Positions 1 to 12,472 of a stretch of DNA of 64,000 bases are shown piece after piece (positions within the stretch are counted from its first letter, which is position 1; each line of letters opens with the position of its first letter). The position numbers and the translations under genes are program-made. Location: assembly GCF_009914755.1 (NCBI RefSeq), contig NC_060925.1. The stretch is one strand, 5' to 3'. The notes beneath the pieces were generated by a model. The model saw nothing but the letters and a program-made list of their open reading frames with translations, was not told the origin of the DNA and ran no database searches. This stretch comes from the human T2T-CHM13v2.0 reference genome, Homo sapiens.

Positions 1-54
1 CAAAGATAACAGGTGATAAGTCTTGCTGGGTTTATCTGGCGATAAGGTTATCAA

Positions 55-358
55 AAGGTTTCAGGGCCCCCCTCTGCCCTTTGGATACCAAATTCCAGGG
101 ATGATCGGATCCCTACATAAAATCATATTTGCATATGATCTACACACATCCTCCTATGTATTTTAACATCTCTAGATTATAAAACCTAACACAATACAAG
201 TGCTATGTAAATAGTTGTTATACTATTGTTTAGGGAATAATGACAAGAAAAAAGTCTGTACATGTTCAGTACAGATGCAACCATCCTTTTTCCATATTTT
301 CAATCCATAATTGGTTGAATACACAGATGCAGAACCCATGGATACAGAAGGCCAAATG
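55..358 (+). mobile_element. MER2 (TcMar-Tigger MITE)
   Basis: Matches remembered MER2 consensus (gggaataatgacaagaaaaaaagtctgtacatgttcagtacagatgcaacc ... gaacccatggatacagaaggcc); ends before TA. Confidence 0.85.
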
Positions 359-1379
359 TAATTAGTTCTAGCAGTTTACGGTGGCTAGAGAGTTAACACT
401 AAGGTCTTGGAATGCTGTGGTTAAATTCCCTCATTCACAGATGGGGAGAGAAAGACCCAACATTTGAGTGCCTGATATGTGACCAACATTATCTAAAGTA
501 CTTTGCACTTTATCTTAGTTAAACCTTACAGCTACATCTTCCTTCATTTTATAAATGACAAAGTAAAAGTGATCTGCCAGGGGTTGTGCGGTTAATTTTT
601 AGTGACATTGAGGAACTCAGGTTTCCTTTAAAATCCTAATCAGTATGGCGGAATAAAAAAGACAGAATTTGAAATTAGAGCTTCTTCGGTCACTTTCTAC
701 CAGTGAGATCTTGTATGTTTCTTAACCTCACGAAGCCTATCAATCAAATAAGATTACTGCAAAGATTAACCTACAACTACAAAACAAATCTTAGATTTTT
801 TTAACCTAAAATTGGCCTACACAGGAACTTCTTTTCAAGTGTGGAATTTCTTATTTCGTTTATTGCAAACAAAAATTTGAAGTTTCTGAATTGATGCCTA
901 TACATTTTACAGATAGTAAACTGAGGTAGAGAAAGAAGACATCCAATGTGTGGCTCCCTAATGTATCCAGAATCAACTCCAAACTGCATCACAGTTTCGG
1001 ATCTTTAATACCAATGCCCCAGCCCATCTCTCTAGCCATATTTCCTACTATTAGCTTTTACAAATACAATACTCAAACCTGTGGTAGCTATTTTTAACAA
1101 AGATACCATACCCTATGCTTTCCCTATTTTATATATCTACCTAAATTATTTACTCTATTGAAATTTGTTCATGGCCCAAGTAAAATTCATTTTGAAATGA
1201 AGCCCAACCTTGTTTCCAAATGCTTAGAAATGACAGCTCCCTCCTCTGAACTGCTTTACCACTTTGCTACTACCTCCCTTAGAGTACTCACTATGTTCTA
1301 TTTTATAACTTAGGTAAGCATGTAAAAGGTTCATTTCAGCTAGCAGAGCATAAGCCCCTTAAATGAAGGAAGAAAGGAA

Positions 1380-1620
1380 CTAATATTTACTTTGTATCTA
1401 TGAATCACCAATCGCTTGTGATTTTATGTGGTATGTGTGTATATATTTTTTCATGTAATATTTGTGATATCCTATGAAGTATAAATTTTTTACAGATAAG
1501 GACACTGAAGCTCACAGAGGCTAAATAATTTGTTTACAGTCATAAAGCTAGTAAGTGACAGAGTCTAGATCTGAATTTTGGTGTTTCTAACTCCAAAGCC
1601 TAGGCTCTTTCCACTATACT
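1380..1620 (-). mobile_element. MIR SINE
   Basis: Core tttacagataaggacactgaagctcacagagg ... ctccaaagcc. Confidence 0.75.
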
Positions 1621-1899
1621 CTGTCTAGAAAACCATGGGTATATCCTCACTGCTTTATCTGATTGTTCCCTACCCACCCACTAATGATCATCAGAGGAAA
1701 AAACCTCCACTGCCCTTTGTCATTAAGTATTAGCAGAAAGGATTCAATATGAGGTATGTGCCCTCCCACTTTCCAAGACTAAGAACAGACTCTTCAGAGC
1801 AAACAGAATGATTAATATGAGTCCTGAATAAAGATAGAGATCAGAACTCTGCTTCCAGGAAGGAAAAGTAAAAAAACTATTACCTTCTCACTCTTGTGT

Positions 1900-3060
1900 T
1901 TAAAAACCCCTCCTCCTTCAAGGTTTGCACCATCTGGCTATATAACTCTCTACCCCACCTCCTCATCTGTCATCTACCACCCTCCTGATTAATCCCCTAT
2001 CTTTACTGCACCTGGGTCACATCTTTCTCTCTTCCCCACATCCCATCATCCTCAATCACTTCACTCTCTACACAGATGACTCATTCAATACACTAGCCTC
2101 CAAATTCCTTGTCATACTCAGCTTTACTGACCTTCGCCTCTGCTGTATTTTAGCTACCCATACACAGAGACCTCGCTGTCACCTAGAACAGTCCCAATAT
2201 CAGACAACTTAACTCCGATATTCCACTTTCTGACCACACCTCTTTTTTTTCTCAGCTTACTTCCACTATATTTGCTCACTGATCTAACTCAAGAAATTGA
2301 AAATCTTCAAGTCCAGAATTGAACTCATCATCGTTTCCTGTCTCAGTTAAAATTACCAACATATCCTCCTTAGTCATCCAAGGCAAAAACCTGAGCATCA
2401 CACGGGACTCCTCACCCTCTCACCTGCACATACAATCAATCATTAAAGCCTTATACATTTTCTCAGATTCATTTCTTTCTCTTCATCCCTATGACCACAT
2501 TTTAAAAATGTTACTTCAACCATGTCTGATAGACACCTTCCAGTGATTAAATAAAAATAAAAAAAAAACACCTACTGAATTGATTTTAGGATACTTATGC
2601 ATACAAGGTCCACCACGACATGGCCTCTGACTGTATTTCCAGCCTTACAACTCATCACTTATTGTTATATTCCTAGCAGTCCCAAACTGTTTGTGGTTCT
2701 CTACGCAAGCCATTCCTTTTCTCACATTGATGCCTTTGCTCAAGCTGTTTTCTCTGTTTGAAGGACGCTTTCTGCTCATGTTTGCCTCACTTACTCCTAC
2801 CTACCATTTAAGATTTGGGTCAGATATCATCTCTTCCCAAAGCCTTCCTTTAACTCCTAGGCTAGTCTAAGTGCCCTCACCTTTGGGCAACCTTTACTCT
2901 CACCTTGTATATCTCAGCTATGCGTAGTTCTCATCTTTTATTCTGAGATAATCTATTTAAGCATCTAATTTACCAGCTCCACAAGATTGGAAATCTTTGT
3001 AAACCCAGCTGAGCACAGTACATAGCATAGTGCTTGACCCATAGTAGGTACATAAGTGTA
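1900..3060 (+). mobile_element. L2 LINE fragments
   Basis: L2 3' motifs (caaggcaaaaacctgagcatca, tttgctcaagctgtt, agcatagtgcttgacccatagtagg). Confidence 0.65.
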
Positions 3061-3084
3061 CAGTGAAGGTTAGAACATACCAAT

Positions 3085-3377
3085 TTTCTTTTCTTTTTTA
3101 AAAGATGGGGTCTCATTCTGTCACTTGCTATGGCGTGATCATGGCTCACTGAAGCCTCAAACTCCTTGACTCAAACGGTCCTCCTGCCTCAGCCTCCTGA
3201 GTAGCTGAGACTACAGACATACACCATCATGCCCAGCTATATTTTTATTTTTATTTTTTGTAGAGACAGGGTCTTGCTACGTAGCCCAGGCTGGTCCAGA
3301 ACTCCTGGCCTCAAAGAGTTGCCTGCCTCAGCTTCCCAAAGTGCTGGGATTATAGGCATGAGCCCCTGCATCCAGCC
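3085..3377 (-). mobile_element. AluJ (short internal deletion)
   Basis: Alu dimer in reverse with J-type diagnostics (atcatggctcactgaagcctc, gagacagggtcttgct). Confidence 0.9.
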
Positions 3378-5501
3378 CTAAGTTTAAATTTTCAGTGGGA
3401 TATTCACATCAATTCTTTCTCATAGTTAAGTATCCTCTACCTTTCACTCCAAGTCCTTTGCAAGGAAGGAATCAGGGCCTTTCCTCTGGATCTGTATAGT
3501 TCCATTGAGAATGGTGCTATGCAAATGTTTACCCAACTTACATAAAAGGGAACAACATTTGCACAAACATACCTAAAATCAAAACTTGACATATGTGCTA
3601 CAAAGTTCAAAACTATTGACCAATTTAAAAAATGAAGGCTTAAGAACAAAAATAAAGAACCAATTCTGACTGCTGGTATGTGCTTGTCTAAGTTGTAAAA
3701 ACACTGAAACTTTGCTTAGTACTTAAACAGGATCCCAGATGTAAGAGCCTGGCCTTTTATCTACAAGGCCATCTCATCTCTACTGGGCTTAAAACATTAC
3801 TAACCTGCAGAGTTGCTTAGGCAAGAGTTTAGGAGGTTGGTAAGTAAGCAACAAAAAGTGTTCTCTTTCATAGTAATTTTGGGCCTCCTGCTGGCAGTTA
3901 GAACTAGAGCAAAGAGTTCAATGTAATAAAGCATTTCCCTCTGCAACCAAATATTAAAATTGCAGTTTGGCACTAAACTAGGTCTCAATCCTTTTCAGAG
4001 TTTAAAAAAAAAAAAAGAGCTATTCTATTTGCCTGGCACATTACACTTCAACAAAACATTTTGATGTACATTAGTTAGCAACATTTGATAAAGTGTTTAT
4101 AGACATTTTTTAAAAGGAAGGAAACCCCCAAATTTCCACAAAATAAGATGTCTTTTAGTTTGTTTGAACAAACACTACTAAATGTTTTCTTTTTTTTTTT
4201 TTTTTAAGTTCAAAATACAGTACAGAAATGAGGAAGGGAATCTAGAGTACTTTTGATTTAAGCAGGTCAATCCTTGGGGCTGTTTCTTAGAGAAACTTAC
4301 TACGTTTTGTCTCCAGGATCACTTTTAAGAAACTCTCCTTTAAGGGGATGGGGGAAACTAAAGCTCATCCAGAGGACAGTTTAGAGAACCACAGCAGATG
4401 AGAGACAACTGAAGAAAGTGGAAGTGAAGACTCAGGGGACATGATTACTATCTTCAGATATCTTAACAGCTTCCCATAAGGGAAAAGAACTAGGAAGGAT
4501 GGGAGCCAGCTGTTTCTTTCAACTTATAACCAAATGTGTCCAGGAACAGAATGGGTTTCCTTTAAAGAGATTCGCTTCGGATCACTGGAAGAGGTTCCAA
4601 ACGGGCTCGTCAAATTATCGGGGGGATTTGGGGATTTTCAAAGTCACTTTGGCATGGGATGGGAGAAAGCGCCCCTAGATGACTTTTAAATTCTCTTCCA
4701 GTCAGGAGATATTCCGGGGTTCACCCATCGGCTGGATACCACTTTCGATGCTCTCGGGCTGGCACACAACTGTGCCCACGTGTCTGGCCCCCAGGGCCGC
4801 TGTGGCTCACTTCGGTGCGGGGCCGCTCTCCCTGCCCGTTTCCGGCGGGGCACTGGGGCAGGCGGCACACGTGAGTCGGCCAGCCGGGGCCCAGCCCCCA
4901 GGACGCTGCTGACAGCTCCGGGCCCTAGGCGCCCCAGCTCTCGGTGGGGGCCACGCCGCCCCGTCGACCTCTGTCTCTGCCTTCCCCGAACCGGGACCCG
5001 GCCAGCCAGAATCACAGGCATTCCCACCTCTGGCGCCGGAGGGGACCGACTGACCCGCGCAGACGGGGTCGCGCCGCCGCCCGGCCCTCGGCCCCCAGCC
5101 AGCCTGCCCCGGCCCACCCGGCCCCGCCGGCCAGACACGGCGACCTATACGGACCGCCCCCACGCCGACCCTCCAAAGGGCCCCCGGCCTTGGGTTTCCC
5201 GTGCCGGGGCCCCCGGGCAGTCCTGGCGGCGTCAGGGCCGCGACCGGACCGTGGGCCCCGCCCGCCCGACCGCAGATGCAGAGCCGGCCTCCGGTCTCGG
5301 GGCCGGGCTGACACGGCCGAGAAAGGGCCCAGCCCCGCGCGGACCACAGACTGGCAGGCCGGCCAGACAGACGGACAGGCTGACCCCGGCCCGGGGGAGC
5401 AGGCGCAGCGGCTGCGCAGGTCCCGCCACCGCCTTCTGGCCCCAGGCGGCCCCTCAGGGCACGAGCTCTTAGGCGGGCGGAGGCGGCCGCGAGGCGCTTA
5501 C

Positions 5502-5600
5502 CTGAGGGCGCGGCGGGGGCGCGGGGCGGCTCACTCCCTTCCCGCCGCCATGTTTCCGCTGCGCAGGGAGGGAGCGGAGACGCGGGAAGGGGGCGGGCGG
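5502..5600 (-). other. SCMH1: Non-coding first exon (5' UTR) of a minus-strand gene; the 5' boundary (TSS) is approximate
   Basis: Minus strand reads GCGGAAACATGGCGGCGGGAAGGGAGTGAGCCGCCCCGCGCCCCCGCCGCGCCCTCAG|GTAAGC, a strong donor at 5502/5501. Identity recalled from the SCMH1 mRNA 5' end; the nearby RPL36A pseudogene fits my recollection of 1p34.2. Not database-verified. Confidence 0.65.
5531..5551 (-). other. uORF MAAGRE* overlapping a YY1 motif (AAACATGGCGGC)
   Basis: ATG GCG GCG GGA AGG GAG TGA in good Kozak context (AACATGG), stop before the donor; AANATGGCGGC is the YY1 consensus. Confidence 0.7.
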
Positions 5601-6315
5601 GCGGCTCGGGAGAGCGGCGGGCGGGCGGCGGGGGGCTCCACCGAGCTGGCGGTGGCGGCTGAGGCGGGGGGCGGGGCGGGGGCTCCCCCGGCCCCTCCCC
5701 CGCGCCTCCCGCTGCGAGGTGGCGCGCGCCTCGGCCGTTGGGCTCGCGCGGGGGGCGGGGCGGCGCGCTGGAGGAGGGAGGGCGCGCGGGAACCCGGCCC
5801 GGCCGTACCCCGCCGGCCTGCCGACCCGGGTCCGGGGGCCCAGTTGGCGCCCGGACCAGCTCTCCGGTCTGCGTCCTGTAGATGGGAAAACTGAGGCCTG
5901 AGAGGGCGCGAGGGCGGGGACGAGGCCGAGGACTCGGGTTCGAATCTCGAGGACGCCAGTAGCCCGCTCTGAGGCCGCGTGGGGCTGGTGGAGGAGCCAC
6001 CGGTCGGGCCCCCAAGACCGGCTGACGTGGGCCTCGCCTCGGGCGACTCCCGCCGGGCTAGTGGCTGGCCGTGTGGTGACCTTGGGCGAGTTACTTCGCA
6101 CAGCCACCCAGGGGCCTCTTCTCCAACACGATAGCACTGCACCCGGAGGGTAGGTGAGAGATGAGTTGGTGCTTGGATGCCCTAGGGAGTGTCAGCGTCC
6201 TCGGTCCTCCCTGTGGTGATCCCTTCAACGAGTACGCACTGAGCCCGTGATGGGCCAGGTACAATGCACAGGCTCATTCTTCCAGGCCCACCAGCCATGT
6301 TGGCTACACAATTCT

Positions 6316-6505
<190 letters not shown>

Positions 6506-7053
6506 TAGCAGCTTAGGAAACTGACGTCTTGACTTCTGTTTTGGCTGCTTGAAAATACAGTGCAATATAAATCCCGAGACCTCTGCTGAGCTGGATGTGG
6601 AGTGGGTGTGGGCATCATTTAGAACATGGCAATCCTCAGGTCACACAGGAATGTCTTGTTAATGATCCTTCTGTGAACAATGTTCCTTGGAGGGAAGTCC
6701 ACTTAAGCAAGGCTGGAGCAGCAGATGGGGCAGCTGAGCCTGGATTACTTGCCTTGCCTCTAGAATAGGTCTTAGAGCTTTGGACTGAAGGGGGGCCGCC
6801 TCCTTGTATCCTGGTATTGGTGTCAGTATCCGTCTGCCCATTCTTGAGAAATGGAAATGGTCAGAATCTATCCAGGTTCTGATCTGCATCCCTGTTGTCT
6901 AATTTAAACTTTCATTCCATGGCGTTTTGGGGAGTACCTGTCTCATGAAGAGCCCTGAGGTTACAAGGATAATTAGAGCCTAAATCTAAGGAGCCCATAT
7001 TTGGGGAAACTATTATGTCAATAGCTAATGAGAGCACAGTGTTGTAAGTGCTC

Positions 7054-7634
7054 ATATTAGTTTTCTATTCCTGCATAACAAATTGGCACAAATTTTGCAG
7101 CTTAAAGCAACACCCATTGATTTACTCACAGTTGTGTAGGTCGGAAAACTGGCATGGTGTGGCTGGGTTTTCTGCTCGTGGTGTCATAGGCTGAAATCAA
7201 GATGTCTAGCACCTCCACGAGGGAAAGGTCTGCCCCAGGCTCCTTCGGGCTGTTGGCAGAATTCATGTCCCTGTAGGACTAGGATCCCACAGCTACACTG
7301 TTTTGCCAGCTCTCTGTTGGGGACCACTCTCAGGTCCTTGCCACGTGATCCCTTTTATCTCATCAACAGAGAACCTTTCTCATGTCACTCCCTCTCATTC
7401 TTTAAATATCTCTGATTTCCCTTCTTCAACCAGTCAGAGAACACTATGAGCTTTTAAAAGACTTGTAATTAGGTCAGACCCACCTAGATAATCTTCCTAC
7501 TTTAAGATCACCTGTGCCACATCACATACCCTAATCACAGGAGTAAAATTCATCATAGCCACTGTCCCAGGGACTATGCAGAAGGTGTACATGAAGGTTA
7601 ATCTAGGAAGCTACCTTAGAATTCTGCCTACTAC
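7054..7634 (-). mobile_element. MaLR solo LTR (MLT1 family)
   Basis: tattagttttctattcctgcataacaaat ... ttagaattctgcctactac, typical reversed MLT1 termini. Confidence 0.8.
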
Positions 7635-7809
7635 GTCCAGTGAGAAATGTTCTCTTGAACATTTTCTCTATGAATTCCCCTAGCAGTTTGTTCTGTAACT
7701 CTGTCCATGGCACCATATATGTTGCCATTATTGGAGTATATTTCTAAACCTCTTTTCTAGGCTGAAAGCGTCTTGAGATCAGGAACCTTATTCACACCTG
7801 TAGCCTTAG

Positions 7810-8198
<389 letters not shown>

Positions 8199-10099
8199 TT
8201 AGATCCAGCTCAGAACTTCTCTGACACTTCTCAGGAAGAACTCATTTCTCCCTCCTCTCCACTGTCACTTGGTAAAAATCTCTGTGTGAAATGTTTCCCA
8301 TTGTAGTATTTTAAGTCAGACTGTAGTTTCCTTGAATATAGTACTTTGCTTTTATTCCACTTAATATTCCAGGGCACAGCATAATGTATTAACAGTTCTG
8401 TGCTGTTCAATTAAACAACTAATTACACATGGGTGTTATTAGTTGCTTAATGTTTGGATTTTAATAAGGGGGGTTAAAAACCAAGAGGCAACTGGAGAGT
8501 GGAATTGGGCTATGACAGACCCTGTGACCTTTGGGTTACAGGTGTGGGGAAGCCAAGAAATACAGAGGCAATGGAGAGGGAAGAAATAGGCAAGTTAATC
8601 AGGATGTAATTTTTTTTTAAAGGAGGTATGCTAGGAAACCCCAGGTCTGCTCTTTTCTACATTACATTACAGCAAAAAGGAGTGATTATTCTGGCACTGA
8701 CAGAACTGACAAAAACAGTAGTTTTTGTTTTGTTTTTTGTTTTTGTTTTTTTTCATGTTGTTGATGACCCAGTAGAAGAGTTGGTAAAGGAAATGGGAAA
8801 GATGGTTTCTGATGCTTAAAGAAAGTATGTGTGTTGCGGGGTGTGGGGGGGATGCATTGAAATACATAAGAGCCTTCACCACATTAAGTCCTACACATCA
8901 ATTAAGACTACCTTCCCCAGGAACTTCCTCTGATACCTTCTCTTCCATCCTCACCCCAGGATAAATTAAATGCCCCTCCTTTCGCTCTCCTTGTAGCCTG
9001 GCACCTTCATTCATCATTGCATTTACTAGGATCTGTGCATATCATTTTCATTTATGCTTATCTTTCACCTGACTGTAAGCTCCACAGATTGGAACTCTGT
9101 CTTTGTTCTTCATTACATCCACAGCACCTCGCACCATACCTGGAACACATTTGGTGATCAGTCTATATTTATAGAATGAATGTGCACAGTAGGACCCTTT
9201 CAGACCCAAGCCACAGACCAAAGAGGCAACCTCCTTATTATCTGCCTTGTGACCACAGGGCCCCACTGGCTGTTCAGATTCAGACATGTGCTGAGCCCAA
9301 ACCTTGTTGTTTATCTAAGACGCTTCTGCTCTTTCTCCTCTTGTAAAATACAAAGTAAAAATAGTTCCAGGAAGCTGTGTGGTTAAGACATTCCAGTCTC
9401 TGAGCTCCTAGATAAAGGCTGTTATTGTTAGGAAGGTGGTCATTAATCCAACCTGCCTTTTCTGTATGCTTTGGTTTCACACCCTTCTAAAGGTACTGAT
9501 TCTTTGTCCTCAGTTTCCCTTAAGCCTGTCACTAGCCGGTAACTGGAAAAAATAATAACTTTACAGCAGTTGATGTACGAATGATCTAAAGGTATCAGTT
9601 GATCACAAGTTTGCTTTATGCTCTGGAATTGTGACTTTAACTTATTCTCAAAGTGCCTTACCAGATGGCTTATATCCTCATCTATAAAATGGAAGAAATG
9701 ACACCTACCTCACCAGATTATTGAAGACTGAAAGAAAATAAAGTAGAAAGACCTCCTGGCACACAGTAATGGCCAAGAAAACGTCATAGATTGGAATCAC
9801 AGTTTGGAATCCCCTCACTTTGTTCTGCTATGGCCAGACTTTGGGCTATTGAGTTTGTCCTAGGCATTATATTTTAAAAGAGTGATGTTGACAAATTATG
9901 ACCCAGAAGCAAATGACCAGATAAGGAATCTGGAAATCAGACTTTATAAGGAGCAGCTGAAAGGAGTTGGGAACATTTAGCCTGCAGAAGAAATAACTAC
10001 TAATGGGAGTAGAGTGGGGTAGGGCAAGGCCTTAGAAGGGTCTTCAGATAATTGAAGGGCTAACATGTGGAAAAGGATTAGGCCTCAATTCTATTCCAC

Positions 10100-10620
10100 A
10101 CATATCTATGGAACTCCTATTATGTGCCAGGAACTGGGAATGCAAATAAATGTAAAGTACAATCCGTGTCTTTAAGGATCTCAGTCTACAAGGGACCATG
10201 ACAATGCAAAAAAGGCTATTACAGAGGACTTTGCAATGTCCTCTGTAATATGGAGAAGGCAGAGGAGGGTTCATTGAGCCCAGAGATACTGGGGAAGACT
10301 TCACCAAGAAGGTGACATTTGAGTGGACCTTAAAGGAAAACTAGGACTTTTTTAGGCAGAGAAGGAGGGGAAGGACACATAGGCAGCAAGTACAGCATGA
10401 ACAAAGACAAAAAGGCATCCTCATGGAAAACCTAGGATGCATCGGAAAAGAAGAGGGAAGTGAGCCTGCAATATTTGACTGGAGCCAGATTGTCAAGGGC
10501 CTTGATTATTAGCTAAAGAGCTTGGACTATTTACCTTGAGTGGGTATTGAACTATTTACCTTGAGTGGGTATTGAAGAGCCATCAAAGGCCTTTAAGCAG
10601 ATTTTTATTTTAAAAGGAAA
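10100..10620 (-). mobile_element. L2 fragment
   Basis: ctattatgtgccagg ... ggaagacttcaccaagaaggtgacatttgag ... gccagattgtcaagggccttg. Confidence 0.7.
10526..10575 (+). repeat. Perfect 25-bp tandem duplication
   Basis: actatttaccttgagtgggtattga x2 (10526-10550, 10551-10575). Confidence 0.95.
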
Positions 10621-11131
10621 TCTCTAGCACAGCTTGCTGAAAGAGCTACACTGAAGAGAGATAGGAGGCAGGGAAGACAAGGCCTCTCAGCATACCAAAG
10701 AGAGTCCATGGACTTGACTCTTCCACTGACCATGGGTAAATTTGGGCACATTATTTAAACTTTCTGAACTATTTTTTTTTTTTAGTTTGTAAATTGAACA
10801 TCTACTTTATAGGGATGTTTCAGGAATCAAGTGAGGTAACATATCCAAGACTCTCACATGTGTCTGGTACACAAACGGTGCTCAGTAAGTGAACACCATT
10901 CCCTTCCTTCCCTTTCTCTTAATGGACAGAGTAGACAGAGAAACAGAGTTCTACTTGATGATGCTAGCATTCATGGGCAAACAATGGGATAATACTCTTG
11001 GGGAAATGAATACATCACTGGACACATTCAAGAAGGGTATTTCTTTGGTAGAAGATGAATTGAACCAGATAAGCCTCTAAAATCTCATTCTTACTCTAAG
11101 AGTCTATGATTCTGTCACCTTTAGGTCATAG

Positions 11132-11262
11132 TATTATGGAGATGGTCAAGAACCTGAGGTTTGATATATATTTGATATATAGTATGATATATACTTAATA
11201 TATTATATATCAAATATCTTATATATATATATTATGGAGATGGTCAAGAATCTGAGGTTTGA
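11132..11262 (+). repeat. 33-bp direct repeat flanking a 65-bp AT-rich insert
   Basis: tattatggagatggtcaagaa(c/t)ctgaggtttga at 11132-11164 and 11230-11262. Confidence 0.9.
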
Positions 11263-12189
11263 CTTTGTTGAAAGCACCAATTGGACCCAAAAGAAATGAA
11301 TCTTCCTCAAAATGAATATCTGTTACTGAAGTGTACAATTAAAAAGACCTTACCCTAAACAGTCCCTCAGGAGTAACTGTACTACAGGAGAAAGAGAGCT
11401 GGGTTTCCAACTTAGAGGCCTGCATTCCGGTGTCAGAAATTAAGGATTTTGCTGTACAGCTTTGGACAGGTCATTCTTCATGTCTTGGCCTACATTCCTC
11501 CATCAGGAAGATGTGGAGGTTGGGCCTCTAAGGGGTCTTCTATTACTAACATTTTGGGATTCTGGGAGTCTAAGTTATTGAGATCATGAAATTGTGGATG
11601 TAAAAATGTTAGGAGATTTCAAGGGTTCCCACAGCAACTATATCATTCACAGTTTATATATATGTCTCAATTTAACAGCATCAAATCCACCTAAAATATA
11701 TTTTTTTAAATATGTCACATGCATTGAGAGTGAGACTCATTTGACATTCTTCTTGGAATCAGAACTTCAGAATTCAGTGCATTTCAGGTCCCAGCATTAA
11801 CTCATCTGCAAATTGGATTAGTTCATATTTCTGGTTGAGAGAGGAGGCACTTTATATAGTATGGCAAAGAAATGAAAACATCAGTCATCTGTCACAGAAG
11901 GAAGAGATGGCTCACTTCAGGCCCTAGATGCCACCTCATCTGGAAGTAGACAAAAAGGAAGACTTGGAGCCAGGACAGCCACGTGTTGGTCCACACTATT
12001 CCCTTGGAAGATCCTCCTAGCCAGCTCCTGCTCATTCTCTGTTTGAAGTTTTCCCTTTCCTTCTTCTCTGCTCAATAAAACAAGTTCCTCTATTATCTAC
12101 ACTTCCTTAGCATTATAGCATTGATCATAGGGTATGATAATTATTGCCTGTGTTACTATTGATTCTCTACAAATGGATAAGGGGCACAG

Positions 12190-12380
12190 CATTAACATTT
12201 ATTGAGCACCTGCAATGTGCCAGGTGTGTATATCATCTTATGTAATCCACACAGCAACCCTTATGGTGTAGGTATTGTTACCCCTCTTTAACTGATGAGA
12301 CTAAGGTCAGAGAAGTTAAATAACTTGCTCACAATCATATAGCTAGTAAATAACTGAGTCTGGCTTTGAATCAGGTTTTT
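12190..12380 (-). mobile_element. MIR SINE
   Basis: aacatttattgagcacc ... actgatgagactaaggtcagagaagttaaataacttgc. Confidence 0.75.
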
Positions 12381-12472
12381 TTTGTTTCCCAAGCCCCTGT
12401 GATTTTGATTGTTCATGCCTTTTTCTTATCTCTGTAACTTGAACTATTAGTATAAGCCCAGCCTTTGGTATA

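Larger units (their letters stand above)
1..5501 (-). other. Intron 1 (partial) of the minus-strand gene
   Basis: Starts at the GTAAGC donor; AT-rich and repeat-filled; no convincing downstream exon in the window. Confidence 0.7.
4750..6150. promoter_or_regulatory. CpG island promoter of the minus-strand gene (GC boxes, G-runs; possibly bidirectional)
   Basis: Very high GC and CpG density against AT-rich flanks; many GGGCGG/GGGGCGGGG Sp/KLF boxes at 5520-5770. Confidence 0.95.

Noticed and set aside
3798-3846. Plus-strand TACTAAC-ctgcag ... G|GTAAGT micro-exon pattern
   Set aside because: Branch point is only ~6 nt from the AG, with no polypyrimidine tract, and antisense to the host gene; likely chance.
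4679-6142. Long ORFs (up to 402 aa) on both strands
   Set aside because: Low-complexity P/R/G/A translations, expected from stop-codon scarcity in a CpG island; overlapping in many frames with no recognisable domain.
11132-11262. Repeat-spacer-repeat arrangement as CRISPR-like
   Set aside because: Only two repeats, low-complexity spacer, eukaryotic context, no cas genes.
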